A DNA stretch of 64,000 nt from Mobula hypostoma (Eukaryota): NCBI RefSeq assembly GCF_963921235.1, contig NC_086108.1, positions 100,628,001 to 100,692,000 on the forward strand, given 5' to 3'. Below the pieces are notes generated by a model. It saw only the letters and a list, made by a program, of their open reading frames with translations, did not search any database and was not told the origin of the DNA. How positions within the stretch are numbered: position 1 is the stretch's first letter; every line of letters begins with the position of its first letter. Of the stretch, positions 12,531 to 25,100 are shown piece after piece. The translations under genes were made by a program, and so were the position numbers.

Positions 12531-13265
12531 CTTGAAGTATTATCAAAGTATGTATACATTACACAACCTTGAGATTTGTCTCCTAACAGGCAGCCACAAA
12601 ACAAAGAAACCCAAAAGAACCCATCAAAAAAAAAGACTGAACACTTAATGTGCAGAGAAAAAAAACAAATCATACAAGCAAATAGTGTTCTGAACTATAG
12701 TCCACAGAGAGTCTGTCCCCAGACCCTTAGTTCAGCACTGAGCAGAGCAGCAAGCTGAACCGAACCATTCCTCACCTCGGGTCCTGACCCCCTGACCTTT
12801 TCAATCTGGCCTGACGCCTAAATTGTTGTCCAAACATCTGGTTCAGTTGCTTCGATATGCTCTGGGGCCTGTACCCAGTTGCCTCAATTCTGCCCATACC
12901 TGACTTTTCCGATTTGGTCCAGCACCTAAACTGATCGAGCGTCAGGTCTTCCTTGCTCTCGGCGATGGGCCCACTGCCTCACCTCAGTTCTGCCACACCA
13001 AATTGCCTCCAAGTCCAAAGGAAGGTAATGGACTATTGCTTGTGGTGATCATTTACTAGAAAAAGAATGTTTAGTTGTTTTAACATAAGAAATAGGAGCA
13101 GGAGTAGGGTACCTGCCCCGATGAGCCTGCTTCGCCATTCAATAAGATCATGTCTGATCTGGCCATGGATTCATCTCCACCTACCTGCCTTTTCCCCATA
13201 ACCCTTAATTCCCCTATATTTTCCTTGTTTCATTAGCCAGCAATCACTGAGATTCACCAGTGGAA
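12531..13265 (-). mobile_element. Non-coding interspersed repeat with Rex1-like 3' tail; contains a short CR1 3' end (~13082-13215)
   Basis: Both ends are similar to 39275-40097 (acaaccttgagatt.gtct...ggcagc.acaaaacaaagaaaccc; tgtggtgatcattta). Confidence 0.6.
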
Positions 13266-13309
13266 TCATAAACTGGGCCATAATTATCAGATAGCATTCA
13301 TCCCTGCCC

Positions 13310-13850
13310 ACTGACATGCTTTGGAGACCTAGTCAACCTACAGCAGGCATGACAAGGCACAGGAACAAAGGCAAAATTGAAAGAACATCAAAGCTGACTT
13401 CACACAATACATACAGGAAGGTAATTCCAGTATGTACTGTCATCCACAAAGTGCTGTTGGAACTCAGCAGGTCAACCACTGATATCCTCTCCGAGGCGAA
13501 ACACTCAGTCAGCTATTCTGGGCAAGCCATATTGTTCACATGATTCACCCCAGACTCTCAAACTCTATTATAGGTCAGATGAAAAGATCGAAGAAATCTA
13601 ACATCTACAGTAACTTCTGGGAAATGTTGCCTGATGACTCCTCCAACTGGAGAAGAGACACTCAGCATGGTATTGAGATCAAGACAATGTGTTAAGGAGC
13701 ACACAGACAGACTGACTTACAAGCTACCTAACACACTGCCTGGCCAACCACCACCTGCCCTATTTGTCTGCAGTTTTCACATTTGGTTCATCAGAATCCT
13801 CAAAACCAGAGTGGAAGTCATCCTCAATCCCAAATGTCAGCCAAAAATGA
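13310..13850 (+). mobile_element. Highly degenerate RTE LINE 3' fragment
   Basis: Translates as LSQLFWASHIVHM..PRLS (cf. the RTE QLRWAGHVxRM motif) near 13504-13560. RTE-like terminus ggaagtcatcctcaatccc near 13813-13831. Confidence 0.5.
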
Positions 13851-14740
13851 TCTTTAGTACTAACTTGTGAGATTCCATTCCCCAAATTTAGAGAGCACGC
13901 AGGTACAAAAATACAACTTGCGGGTCAAATTCAGAGTGCCAAGTACTTGAGACATTGATGTGATATGGTCTTACAGGATGTGCATTGTACAATTTCGAGT
14001 TTCTTCACAAATACCACAAAATCAATAGGATAGTGAAAACTAATCCATTAATACATTGTTTGAACTGTGAATATGTTTGTCAGTTGTGTTAACTTCAACA
14101 AGCTATTTCTTAGCTGAGCTGGCTGACTCTCACAATGCTCATGACATGCACACCAGATCAATATTGTACATATTATGTATCGTTTTAAAAGGTTTGAGAT
14201 TGTGACAGTTCAGCATCAGCAAGCTGGCGGGAGACAGACTTGTTTTCTGCTTGCAGTCCTACAATAACTAACTCATCAGATGTTATTTTATTAAAAAGGC
14301 AACATTTGGAGAATTGAAATAGGCTGATTATTTTTAAAATAATCTCAGCAGGGTGCTTAGAAACCGAGCTGTACACTGGATTACATAATTGCTTTTCACC
14401 TTAGATCTGTATTTAAATCCATACTAGTCAGGCAGGATGAAATTCTCTCTGTCTGCAGAGTACAAAGTGGAGACAGGCGCCACAGGATGCTGGTGGTGTA
14501 AAGAGAATGAATGCCACATGCAGTAGGGACTTTATGACCTCCACTCTGAGTAATACTGCAACAAAGGAGAAATTATTACTTGGTAACACAAGAGATTCTG
14601 CAGATGCTGGAAATCCACAGTAACACAAAATGCTGGAAAAACTCAACAGGTCAGATAGCATCTATGGAGAGGAATAAAGAGTGGACTTTTTGGGCTGAGA
14701 CCCTCGCTCAGTATTCGACCATGCTACAGATAATTCATCC

Positions 14741-15287
14741 GAGTGTGCTTCTCCAAATGCTCATCAATCCTGTCCCTAAGTACTCTATCCAATAGTTTGC
14801 CCACTACTGACACAAGATTCACTGGTCTATAAAAAGGTAATCTCTACTAACTTTCTTGAACAAGTATGTTGGCCATCCTCGAATACTTTGATATCACTCC
14901 TGTGGCCAGGGATGACACATAGATAATTATCAATGCAATGCCCCAGCAATTTCTCAATCTCTTACCTTGCTTCCCATAGTAACCCGAGGTATGAAATGGC
15001 TGTCGTAAGAGGGCACAGGTTTAAGGTGCTTGGCAGTACTACAGAGGAGATGTCAGGGGTAAGTTGTTTTTTTTTAAAAAACGCAGAGTGGCGAGTGCAT
15101 GGAATGGGCTGCCTGCCACGGTGGTGGAGGCAGATACGACAGGGTCTTTTGAAGGACTCCTGAATAGGTACATGGAGCTTCGAAAAGTAGAGGGCTATGG
15201 GTATCCCACGGTAATTTCTATAGTAAGGACATGTTTGGCACACCTTTGTGGGCCAAAGGGCCTGTATTGTGCTTTCTATGTTTCCAA
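14741..15287 (+). repeat. Duplicate of the chimeric CR1(-)/CR1 3'end(+) segment at 28143-28701
   Basis: Collinear similarity across the identical junction cccatagtaacc.gaggtat|gaaatggctg. Confidence 0.9.
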
Positions 15288-15405
15288 TGGTACATGGCAG
15301 TAATTCTGTGCAAATGATACAAATGGAAGATGATGGTGAAGTATGCTGGTGGTGGATGAAAGGCCAAACAAGTAGGCTGCATTATCATGGATGTCAGCTT
15401 ACAGC

Positions 15406-16520
15406 TCAGAGTAAACTTATCAAAGTCACTATATACTACCTTGTATATATATGTGTACATGGCCAAGTGGTTAAGGCATTGGACTAGCGACCTGAAGGTC
15501 GTGAGTTTGAGCCCCAGCCGAGGCAACGTGTTGCGTCCTTGAGCAAAGCACTTAGTCACACATTACTCTGCGATGACACTGGTGCCAAGCTGTATGGGTC
15601 CTAATGCCCTTCCCTTGGACAACATTGGTGTCGTGGAGAGGGGAGACTTGCAGCATGGGCAACTGCTGGTCTTCCATACAACCTTGCCTGCACCCTGGAG
15701 AGTGAAGACTTTCCAGGAGCAGATCCATGGTCTTGCAAGACTAACGGATGCCTTAAAAATACTACCTCGAGATTCATTTTCTTGCAGGCATTTGCAAAAT
15801 ACAAAATTAATGAGAAACTACAAAGACTGACAAATAAACAACCAATGTGCAAAGGATGACAATCTGTACAAATACATAAATAAATAACAAATCCATAGGA
15901 TGTGGAATAGTTCAGTGTTAAGGTGAGTGAAGTTATCCACACTGGTTCAGGGGCCTGATGGTTGACGAGTTGACAGGTAAAAACTTCTCCTATACCTGGT
16001 GGTGTGGTTCCAAAGGCTCCTGTACCTCCTTCCCAATGGCAGCATTGAGAAGAGAGCATGACCTGGATGGTGGGGTTCCTAGATGAACCCCATCATAAGA
16101 AGCACTTATGGTAGTGTTTCTTGTAAATGTGCTCAATAGTAGGGAGTGTTTTTCCTGTGATGAGCGGAGTTATATCCACCACTTTTTGTAGACTTTTCTG
16201 CTCTCGAGCATTGGCATTTCCATACCAGACCAAGATGCAACCAGTCAAAATACTCTACACAGTGCATCTTGAATTTTGTCAAAGTTTTACACGAAACGTG
16301 AATCTGCGCAAACTTCTAAAAGTAGATGCACTGGTGTGCCTTCTTTGTAATGGCACTTGTGTGCTGGTCACAAGACAGATCCTCTGACATGCTAACATCA
16401 AGGAATTTAAAGTCACTGACCCTCTCCATCTTTGATTCTCTAATGGCAACTGACTCATAGACTTCTGTTTTTTTACGTCCTGTAGTCAATAATCAGCTCT
16501 TTGGTTTTGCTAACATTGAG
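15406..16520 (-). mobile_element. Rex1/Babar-like LINE 3' fragment, interrupted by a SINE
   Basis: Tail ...gcaagaaaatgaatctc..gataagtttactctga shared with other copies. Remnant RT C-terminal motifs on the minus strand (NVSKTKELIIDYR near 16480-16518; SILTGCILVWYG near 16218-16253). Confidence 0.7.
15444..15758 (+). mobile_element. tRNA-derived SINE with RTE-LINE 3' tail
   Basis: A box tggccaagtgg (15460-15470) and B-box-like gagtttgagcc (~15503-15513). TSD atactacct(t/c)g (15433-15443 / 15759-15769). 15705-15752 matches the RTE terminus 51931-51978 at 44/48 nt. Confidence 0.88.
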
Positions 16521-17264
16521 TGGAAGGGTATCTTGTGATTAGACTCTGGGGAGTCAGATGGTGAATCACTTGCCACATTCACCAGCCTGCAACCTGCTTT
16601 TGGAACCACATATTTATGTGGCTGGTGCAGCTTCTGCTCCACGCACATTGCTAATATCTCTGAATGTTAAGGATGAGTGTGGAGACATTCTTTTTACATG
16701 TTTAAATATGCACATATATTGCTAATTTTGATTTGTGCATTTGAACCCACAAAGCCCTTTGCTGTTCTACCCCATTTAGACTTCAGGACTCAGCAAATTC
16801 TTACACTGTTGACATGAAATTTAAATTTCTGGGATGTTGTAGCAAATTAAAAATGCCCACTGATCCACAAAAGGGATAGATTGTTCACCAGCGCAGAACC
16901 AAAATTGTGCAACTTTCCACACAAAGACAAGTTCAGAGGATCAAACAGTAGCCATTCAAATAGGGAATAATACTCATCATTCTACTATTTTTGCTTACAT
17001 CTGGATTAACTTAAATATCTTCTCTCAGTCTTTTTACTGATAAAAGACTGCAAGGATTTCACAGTTACAAAGATCTTGCTACTTTGAATGAATAAGCAAC
17101 CATGGTGCAGAGCTCCAACACATGAAGCATCTCAAGATTCAATATTATTTAATGCCACTTACACAAGTCACAGTGCACAAGTGCAAAGGAGAATAAAATA
17201 ATTGTTACTCCAGATCTGATGCAGCAGAAAATAAACAATATTTTATTAATAAACACAATAAATA

Positions 17265-17682
17265 CAGTACTGTGCAAAAGTCTGAGGCACATATATATAG
17301 CTAAGGTGCCTAAGACTTCTGCACAGTATGTGCATGATGATAAACCTGATTCTGATATGGCTCTTTATTGTGGACAGAGTGGGAAGGGGGCAGGGAGAGG
17401 GAAATTATGGTTGGGAAAAGGGCAAGGGAGAGGGAAGCACCAAAACATTTTGTAATGATCAATACATCAGCTGTTTGGCATCAAATGACCTTGCCTGATG
17501 TCTCAGGGCTGGGTGTGTTTGCACACCACCATCCCTGCCCCACAACCCCACTTCACCATTCCCAACATCCTTTATTCACATCAGATTTACAAAGTCTCTC
17601 TCTGCTCCACATTAACAAGTATAGTATTGTGTAAAAGTCTTAGGCATCCTAGCTATACATCTGCCTAAGGCATAGAGTACTG
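17265..17682. mobile_element. Tc1/mariner-type miniature inverted-repeat element(s): two ~63-bp hairpin units flanking a ~290-bp spacer
   Basis: ta|cagtactgtgcaaaagtctgaggcac...gtgcctaagacttctgcacagta (17265-17328; 21/23 paired), plus a second decayed unit at 17620-17682 in opposite orientation. Confidence 0.7.
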
Positions 17683-18005
17683 CAAAAATGTAATATAGCT
17701 TATATACATAAATTGATGGTATGCCCATAAAGTGACATTATGCAGAGGAGTGTCCGTATACAAGATGACAGACAGGAAATGATGAAGCAGTGGAGGTTGG
17801 GGGTGTGGAGGGGTGGGCTAGTGGATGGAGGTGTTGATCAGCCTCACTGCTTGGGGAAAGTAAGTAAGTAACTTATTTATTTATTTGAGTCTGGTAGTCC
17901 TGATGTGGATGCTATGTAGTATCCCCTCTTTTGGGAGTGGGACAAGCAGTCCATGAGCAGGGTGGGATCCTTCATTATGTTACTTGCTCTTTTCCAGCAC
18001 CTTTT

Positions 18006-18028
18006 TATATATATATATATATATATAT
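18006..18028. repeat. (TA)n microsatellite
   Basis: Perfect TA run. Confidence 0.95.
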
Positions 18029-18621
18029 GCCCTTGACAATAGGTAGGTTAGTGCCAATGAGGCGCTGGGCAGTGCTGACTATCCATCGTACAGCCTTCCT
18101 GTTCGCTGCAGTGCTATTTCTGTACCATGAAATTAGCTTGTTAGGATGCTCTCGATTTACATCTGCAGAAAGATGCGAGTATAGATGTGCATAGTCCAGG
18201 CTCTCTTCAGCAAGTAGAGGCATTGGCAAGATTTCTTGATTGCATATAATGCGTTCTGGGATCTCGAGAGGCTGTGCGAAATGTGCAGGGTGTGAGCGAT
18301 TACTATCTCCTTTGTCTTGTTGATATTGAGGAAGAGGTTATTTGCCGGCAAGAAAGCTTCAGCATCCTCCATCTCCCCTCTGTTAGCCACCTCATCTAAT
18401 TTACCATTTATTCATCATTTATTTATCTGAAATAAATGAAGCACAAATGTCACCATCAATGGTGACTTTGAAACAATGCAAATTGCTACTGGTGACGTAC
18501 ACTTCCTGCCAGTAGCAAGTCACTACCCATTACACAAGTACATTTTAGACAATATTAAAGAAAATGCACAATCCATGAAATTAAGATAGACTTTACTCAT
18601 GTTTGAATACAACCCACAAAA

Positions 18622-19145
18622 GTAAAGTTCAAAGTAACTTTTATTGTCAAAGTACATACATGTCACCATATACAACCCTGAGATTCATTTTCCTGTGGAC
18701 ATACTCGGAAAATCGATGAAATAGTAACTATAACAGGATCAATAAAAGATCAACTTGAGTGCAGAAGACAACAAACTGCAAAAGTAAATACAAATAATGA
18801 GAACATGACGTAACAAGATACAGAGTCCTTAAAGTGAGATCACTGGTTGTGGGAACATCTCAATGGATGGGCAAGTGAGTGTAGTTATTCCCTTTGTTCA
18901 AGAGCCTGATGGTTGAGGGGTAGGAACTGCTCTTGAACTTGGTGGTGCGTGTGCTGAGGCTCTTTTACCTTCTTCCTGATGGCAGGAGCAAGAAAATAAC
19001 ATGGCCTGGGTGGTAAGGATCTCTGATGGTAACCTCTGATTATGGATGCTGCTTTCCCACAACAGCATTTCATACAGATGTGCTCAATGGTTGGGAGGCC
19101 TTTACCCATGATGGACTGGGCCGAATCCACTAACTTTTGTAGGAT
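18622..19145 (-). mobile_element. Rex1/Babar-like LINE 3' fragment
   Basis: ORF 18885-19130 DSAQSIMGKGLPTIEHI...KAASII. Tail reads aaagttcaaagtaacttttattgtcaaagtac on the + strand. Confidence 0.75.
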
Positions 19146-19288
19146 TAATGCTACAATTTTCCTCTACTTGCCTTCGTCACTTCAGAACTAATCATTGGCT
19201 AATGATTAGCAACGAAGAAAAACAGTCATTTGATCGTTTCTTTGAAAAAGCCTCAATCTCACACCCCATGCTTTTCCCCATAAACTTA

Positions 19289-21446
19289 CAATTGGTGATT
19301 GATAAGTTCGTGGCCTAAGGCGAGGAGTCAATTTTAGAAAACCTAGCACATCTATTTTTCAACATAGTCCCCTCCTACATTTACACAGTTAGTCTGGCAG
19401 TCATGGAGCATACGGATCTTGGACCTTCAGAAAGTGTCCACAGCAACATAACTTATCTCCTTCTACCTTAGGCCACAACCTTATCAATCACCCCTGATGA
19501 GTTATTAACTTCAAACTTTCTGCATAATCACTCAAAGAGTTGAACTGCATGTGCATGTAACGAGAGCTGTATAACTCATCTCCTTCTACCTTAGGCCACA
19601 AACTTATCAATCACCCCTGCTGTGGACACTTTCTGGAGGTCCAAGATCTGTATGCTCCACGACTGCTGGACTAAGTGTGTAAATGTAGGAGGGGAGTATG
19701 TTGAAAAATAGATGTGCTAGGTTTTCTAAAATTGACTCCATAAGACCAAGGAGCCATTCGGCCCATCGAGTCTGCTCCGCCATTTTATCATGAGCTGATC
19801 CATTTTATCCTATTTAGTCCCACTGCCCCGCCTTCTCACCATAACCTTTGATGTCCTGGCTACTCAGATACCTATCAATCTCTGCCTTAAGCACACCCAA
19901 TGACTTGGCCTCCACTGCTGCCCATGGCAACAAATTCCAAAGATTCACCACCCTCTGACTAAAAAAATTTTTTCGCATTTCTGTTCTGAAAGGGCGCCCT
20001 TCAATCCTGAAGTCATGCCCTCTCGTACTAGACTCCCCCATCATGGGAAACAACTTTGCCACATCCACTCTGTCCATGCCTTTTAACATTCGAAATGTTT
20101 CTATGAGGTCTCCCCTCATTCTTCTAAACTCCAAGGAATACAGTCCAAGAGCAGACAAACGTTTCTCATATGTTAACCCTCTCATTCCCAGAATCATTCT
20201 AGTGAATCTTCTCTGTACCCTCTCCAACGTCAGCACATCCTTTCTTAAATAAGGAGACCAAAACTGCCCACAGTACTCCAAGTGAGGTCTCACCAGCGCC
20301 TTATAGAGCCTCAACATCACATCCCTGCTCCTATACTCTATTCCTCTAGAAATGAATGCCAACATTGCATTCGCCTTCTTCACTACCGACTCAACCTGGA
20401 GGTTAACTTTAAGGGAATCCTGCACGAGGACTCCCAAGTCCCGTTGCATCTCAGAACTTTGAATTCTTTCCCCATTTAAATAATAGTCTGCCCGTTTATT
20501 ACTTCTGCCAAAGTGCATAACCATACACTTTCCAACATTGTACTTCATTTGCCACTTCTCTGCCCATTCTTCCAATCTATCCAAGTCTCTCTGCAGACTC
20601 TCCGTTTCCTCAGCACTACCGGCCCCTCCACCTATCTTCGTATCGTCAGCAAACTTAGCCACAAAGCCATCTATTCCATAATCCAAATCGTTGATGTACA
20701 ATGTAAAAAGAAGTGGCCCCAACACTGATCCCTGTGGAACACCACTGGTAACCGGCAGCCAACCAGAATAGGATCCCTTTATTCCACTCTCTGTTTCCTG
20801 CCAATCAGCCAACGCTCTATCCACGTATGTAACTTTCCCATAATTCCATGGGCTCTTATCTTGTTAAGTAGCCTCATGTGTGGCACCTTGTCAAAGGCCT
20901 TCTGAAAATCCAAATATACAACATCCACTGCATCTCCCTTGTCTAGCCTACTGGTAATTTCCTCAAAAAATTGTAATAGGTTTGTCAGGCAGGATTTTCC
21001 TTTAAGGAATCCATGCTGAGTTCTGCCTATCTTGTCATATGCCTCCAGGTACACTGTAACCTCATCCTTGACAATCGACTCCAACAACTTCCCAACCACC
21101 GACGTCAAGCTAACAGGTCTATAATTTCCTTTTTGCTTCCTTGCCCCCTTCTTAAATAGCAGAGTGACATTTGCAATCTTCCAGCCCTCCGGAACCATGC
21201 CAGAACCTATCGACTTTTGAAAGATCATCGCTAATGCCTCCACAATCTCCACAGCTACTTCCTTCAGAACACGAGGGTGCATTCCATCTAGTCCAGGAGA
21301 TTTATCTACCTTTAGCCTATTCAGCTTCCTGAGTACTTTCTCTATCGTAATTGTGACCGCGCACACTTCTCTTCCCTGCCACCCTTGTGTCCGGTATACT
21401 GCTGACTCCTTCTATCTTAGGCCACGAACTTATCAATCACCCCTCA
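19289..21446. mobile_element. Mariner-like MITE with long inverted arms, split by a CR1 insertion
   Basis: TA-flanked TIRs ggtgattgataagttcgtggcctaag / cttaggccacgaacttatcaatcacc. Arm 19289-19445 is the inverted counterpart of 19618-19739 + 21410-21446. Confidence 0.88.
19740..21402 (-). mobile_element. Young 5'-truncated CR1 LINE (RT domain to 3' tail)
   Basis: 7-bp TSD tgactcc (19733-19739 / 21403-21409). ORFs 20779-21366 and 19814-20824 give a nearly continuous RT (QHGF, DFQKAFDKVPH, PQGSVLGP, FADDTK) with one frameshift. Confidence 0.96.
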
Positions 21447-21869
21447 TATATGCTGGTCACTCTCAAAAGAGATTTTGTATTGATTCAGTTTCTCATCAAA
21501 TCCCTTTCCGTCACCTTGAAGGTTATCCATTCTATATGATATGTGTAAAAAAAAACTCTCATTTTCTCGCTACAATTTTTGTTAAGGGTTTTAAATATAT
21601 TAACCCCAGATATGAAAACATTTAACCGAGCATACTTTCACCTTCACAGTTAAGTTTTGCTAGCAACTTCCTTACTTAAAGTGTATCATATACACGAGTA
21701 CCTTCCTGTAGCATGTTCTCTACGTGCAGAATATACAATCTCATTTGGCACTTTTTTATCTTACAGCCAACAATTTAGCACCAAGACTACATGATGTCAT
21801 AACTGTGACCATCAGACTGATAATGCACTCCACCAAAACACTGCAGGAAAAGACACACACAACCAGGAT

Positions 21870-22196
21870 CACGACCCTCAACTAAGCTTTTGAACCAGAT
21901 GGGACAAGTACACTTGCCTCAAAAACTAAACTAATTCTATAAGCTATAGATTCACTTTTAGGGACTCTACAACTCAAGTTAACAATATTCATTGCTTGTT
22001 TATTTATTATTACTTTTTTTGTATTTGTAGTTTGTTGTCTTTTGCACATTGGTTATTAGTCTTTCTTTGGTTTGTTCATTTTCAGTGATTCTATTGTGTT
22101 TCTTTATATTTACCATCAATGCTTGCAAGAAAATAAATCTCAGGGTAGTACATAGTGACATATATACTTTGATAATAAACTTACTTTGAACTTTGA
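21870..22196 (+). mobile_element. Rex1-like LINE/SINE 3' tail fragment
   Basis: gcttgcaagaaaataaatctcagggtagtacatagtgac...gataataaacttactttgaactttga. Related tails at ~3130-3312(+), 24222-24330(-), 29166-29370(-) and 30200-30290(-). Confidence 0.7.
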
Positions 22197-25100
22197 TGAG
22201 TAATGTTAACATGATGAAATCTCAAAAAAGCCTGCTCTTAAGATATCAGTGAATTTATCATTTTTAATCAACATTGGGAAAACACTGTTATTTTTCAAAA
22301 TTATTGGTGACCAAATGAGTGAAATGTTGTTTTTGTTACATGGATGTTTCAAGTTTATGGAACATTGATTTTCTTTATTCAGTAAAAAAGATAGCCATAT
22401 CCTTTCTCTTAAGATTAAATAATTTTGCACAGACTAAATAAATCAATTTCCATATTTATTATTCAGCTGAGGATTTAAAAATAAGAAACAAATCAGTAAT
22501 AGTGTCCTGGGTCTTAGACTTAAGAATTAAAGTGTCAAACTACTACTTCCCCACCCCCAAACAGGATTAGAGTACCCAGTTTGTAACTGCTAATTCAGTC
22601 AGTTCACCGGCTCACACTTAAGGATAAAATCTACAGTACATGCAAATACCAAAACCGAGTATTATTCAATTCACCAACGCACAGAAACCTATTATTAAAT
22701 GTAAATTGCAATAACACTTCCACTCAATAAAGAGAGCTTGTGTGTTTTTATATAAACAAGCATATACTATTTAATGTTCATTTTAAGCATTGACTAGAGA
22801 ACCACTTAATTCTATTCTGAGTATTCAGTTTCCTAAAATTTTGGTAAGGAAACTGGACTCTAACTTGATTTCACGCAATTTCAGATCACTCATCCCTCTG
22901 TTCTTGTGCCTCTGAAATATGCCTAAGTAACTAGGCTTACAGTTCCATCAACCAAATTAATCAACTATTAGTGGCAAAAGAGAGTTGCAGTTTAACAGAA
23001 CTATAGTTCCATGTGGCAATCTTAAGTACATCAGGAAAAAAAGTGGTGATTGGTAGTTTGGTTGGCTGTTTTCACACAATTCCAGGGCAAATGATAATCA
23101 ACTTTCAACTTTCCAGATTTAAATGTCCTGTAATATAGAAATACAAATGAAACTGAAAAGTGAACACAGTCGAGAAATAATCCCAAATGATGAATGAGAG
23201 AATTTGGATATGGGGCTGCAGTCTCCACCAAAAGTCACCACTTAGGATGTTGCTATATATGCAAATGCAAAACAATTCCAAAATTTAATGGATCACGTCA
23301 AATTTACTGATGAAATTTATAACAATTGAAAATAAATGAAACAAACATCTAACTCATTAAAGGCCACACATATCTTCAGGCCTAGAGATTTTATTAAAAT
23401 AACCCATATTCTAGGATCTAGAAACAAAATTATACCATGTATGATAGCTGTGATTGACACCCATCATTCAAAAACATTAAAATATCATATTTTATAAAAT
23501 AGTGAGGATAAGAATTGGAAAATTATGAGAAAACGTAATGGAAACACGAGGGTTAAAATAAATATTTTATAGATTTGAACAAGATTGATTTTTAAAAATT
23601 TATTCTTTATACAATGACAATACTGTACACACTTCCTGTCACGAGTGGCCTTGTAACAATGAGGCTAGATTTTTCCTTGAAGAAACCATGCTGACTTTGG
23701 CCTATTTTATCATGTGCCTCTCAGTACCCTGAAACCTCTTCCTGAATAATGGACCCCAATATCTTCCCAGCCAGAGGTCAGGCTAAATGGCCTATAATTT
23801 CCTTTCTTTTCCTCCCTCCCTTCTACTTATTGCTCTACATTAATAATACAAATCATATTAAGTTAGTTTTGGTCCACCAATGCCCAGAAAGATCAAGATT
23901 ATATCCTGAGAGACAAAGTAATAGCACCCACTATGGGATCTTTTTCTTCAACGTCAGTAAAGTACTTCTAATCACTCTCGTGTCCACAACCCCCATCAGA
24001 TGTTGATTGCTTTCACGTCAGTATAAAGTGATCAACAGTAGCCAGTTGAGAAAGTATTGAACATTTCTCTGTTCCTTCTCCCTTGACCTCTGCCAAGGTT
24101 AAGCCAAGTAAAGCTGAGAGCACTGAGAAGCCTCACTCATCAAGTTAATGAGGATGGCTGGTAGCCTGCCTTCCATCACAGATGTTTCTGCTAATTTCTG
24201 ACTTGTGAACAGCTCTCACAAGTTCCAAGGTTCAATTTGTTATCAAAGTGTAGATGCAGAAGGCAGCTCTGAGATTCATCTTCTCTAGACAGCCATGAAA
24301 AACAGAAAAAACAGTGGAAGTCATTGAAAGAAAAGGCATCATACCCTTTCATATTGTGGGGAGTGCCGGTAATGCAGCATACCTTGTGTCTAAAATCAGG
24401 AAGATCCAGCAAACCTGCTGACTTTACCAATACAACTGGATGGAAGTTTGGGACTTCACACCCATTGACAGTTGTGCTCCTGATAATTGTTATCAATGAT
24501 ACACTTAATCTGTCCTTCAAGAGGACAATGCAGACTTTCTCAAATTTCCTAGCTTTTCAGCTATGAAATCTACTACTGAATCTATCTGGTTGGACATGGC
24601 ATAATTCAGTAGCTCCACTAAAAGCAACAGATAGAAATTGCTGCCAGGAGAATAGAAATTTAATTTCTACTTAATTTAGTTCAGTTGTTATTTAATTACC
24701 CATGGGCTTTTCGCATTTAAAGAAAATAAAGGGCAATATGTCAAAGATTCCAGTATTTCACCTCAGTGACAGCGGGTGACCTTGTGGTTGGCATGGGGAT
24801 GGAAGGAGAATAATGGAGGGTTAGTGTCTGAGCAGAGTTTGCTGGCTATGAGAGGCATTGTAGAAGTGCTACTGAGAAGCCCTGTGTAATGCTGCATTTC
24901 AGTTGGAAACTGGGTTCTTATGAAGACCTCACCTGAGAGCAAGTTGGAAGAAACAGCGTGGCTAAATGGCTAGGAAGCTTGGGCAGCTCATCATCAGTGG
25001 AAAGCCTTGCCCCCTAAAATTAATTACATTTCCAAATCCTTTATCTGAGGTAACATTAATCTATTTACATAAAATCAGTTCAGCTTTTTCAGGAACAGTG

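Larger units (their letters stand above)
17133..18400 (-). mobile_element. Rex1/Babar-like LINE 3' fragment with nested MITE
   Basis: ORF remnants NNLFLNINKTKEIVI (18157-18390) and ISWYRNSTAANRKAVRWIVSTAQRLIG (18005-18229). Tail reads tcaagattcaa..ttatttaatg on the + strand. Confidence 0.7.

Noticed and set aside
15453..15525. tRNA gene
   Set aside because: A/B boxes are present, but the sequence continues into a SINE body with an RTE tail and TSD; it is a SINE head. The same applies to 33175-33242.
19814..21366. Long reverse-transcriptase ORFs as a retron, DGR or defence-type RT system
   Set aside because: Motifs, 3' tails, TSDs and multiple decayed copies identify them as CR1 LINE ORF2, and the context is eukaryotic.
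23031..24520. Short minus-strand ORFs in unique sequence (23031-23231, 24191-24520) as host exons
   Set aside because: Only one convincing splice signal each, nearby in-frame stops, and no recognisable homology.
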